Source: an uncultured Eubacteriales bacterium
GTDB taxonomy: Bacteria; Bacillota; Clostridia; Oscillospirales; CAG-272
DNA length: 64,000 nucleotides
Reading direction: 5' to 3'
NCBI GenBank assembly: GCA_910586545.1
Contig: CAJUIQ010000001.1
Location: 156,157-220,156 of the forward strand
Shown here: piece after piece, positions 63,627 to 64,000 of the stretch
How positions within the stretch are numbered: the stretch's first letter is position 1
How the letters are laid out: every line of letters begins with the position of its first letter
The notes under the pieces: generated by a model
What the model was told of the DNA's origin: nothing
The model's database searches: none
What the model saw: only the letters and a program-made list of their open reading frames with translations
Translations under genes and position numbers: made by a program

Positions 63627-64000
63627 ATGGCAAATCCAGTGATTATGCCGCGTCAGGGCCAAAGCGTAGAGGCCTGTATCATTACGGCGTGGCATAAAAA
63701 AGTAGGGGATGCGGTCAGCGAGGGGGATCTTCTGTTTTCCTATGAGACAGATAAATCCGCTTTTGATGAGAAAAGTCCCGTGTCCGGAACCATGCTTGCG
63801 ATTCTCGCGTTGGACGGGGACGTGGTGCCTTGTTTGGATACCGTTTGCGTAATCGGCCAGGCAGGAGAGGATGTTTCCGCTTTTACAGGCGCGCCGACGG
63901 CAGAGGCAAAAGGGGCAGACGCCACGCCTGCCACACCTGCGACCGTATCTTCTCCGGCTGTGACTCCTGTACAACCTGTGCAGCAGGAGGGAGACATTCT
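63627..64000 (+). CDS. 2-oxoacid dehydrogenase E2 (dihydrolipoamide acyltransferase), N-terminal lipoyl domain; truncated by window end
   Basis: Hand translation gives MANPVIMPRQGQSVEACIITAWHKKVGD...SYETDKSAFDE (lipoyl-Lys motif), then an A/P/T-rich linker. GAAAGGAAG RBS. Open to position 64000. Confidence 0.75.
   Translation, partial: MANPVIMPRQGQSVEACIITAWHKKVGDAVSEGDLLFSYETDKSAFDEKSPVSGTMLAILALDGDVVPCLDTVCVIGQAGEDVSAFTGAPTAEAKGADATPATPATVSSPAVTPVQPVQQEGDI

Noticed and set aside
1-64000. CRISPR arrays, rRNA genes, IS elements, toxin-antitoxin pairs, restriction-modification methyltransferases
   Set aside because: Reading both strands, I found no repeat-spacer periodicity, rRNA-like conserved stretches, transposase- or integrase-like ORFs, or methyltransferase motifs.

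Overview
A 64-kb chromosomal segment from a moderately GC-rich Firmicute. The gene content looks Clostridia-like: a SepF/YlmH/DivIVA cluster, a T-box leader, a SigV/RsiV-type module, PduL and a Re-citrate-synthase-like enzyme. I call about 60 protein genes and one tRNA-Pro(CGG). I see no rRNA, CRISPR array, IS element or integrase. Most of the window is housekeeping: ldh plus malic enzyme; a translationally coupled P-II-like/antiporter/queH trio; a complete pyrC-K-D-F-E-B-I operon with a structured leader; GH20 hexosaminidase; birA; prs-rluD-lspA-divIVA-ylmH-sepF-ylmE; a yhaO/yhaN-type nuclease-ATPase pair; ogt; cinA-dxs; secG. There are two ferrous-iron (feo) loci. One has a DtxR-family regulator, an unlisted 56-aa FeoB-associated Cys-rich ORF, and three copies of a GGTTAGC-N4-GCTAACC palindrome. 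The best candidate for something undescribed is a ~2-kb AT-rich island (19.0-21.1 kb) between two strong terminators, directly abutting the 3' end of tRNA-Pro. It carries two uncharacterised ORFs, one with PD-(D/E)xK-like motifs and one with EndoIV/UvdE-like TIM-barrel metal-ligand motifs. Other items worth a second look: a T-box riboswitch driving an acyl-CoA synthetase plus Na+/solute symporter operon; an SPFH/zinc-ribbon/TM2 membrane operon; an SGNH-hydrolase + ECF sigma + RsiV-like operon with a second SGNH paralogue; a signal-less vWA protein behind a long structured leader; a Cys/Asp-rich membrane-anchored peptide; and a 42-bp palindrome abutting a promoter. All functional calls come from reading the translated ORFs and motifs by eye. 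No database search was run.
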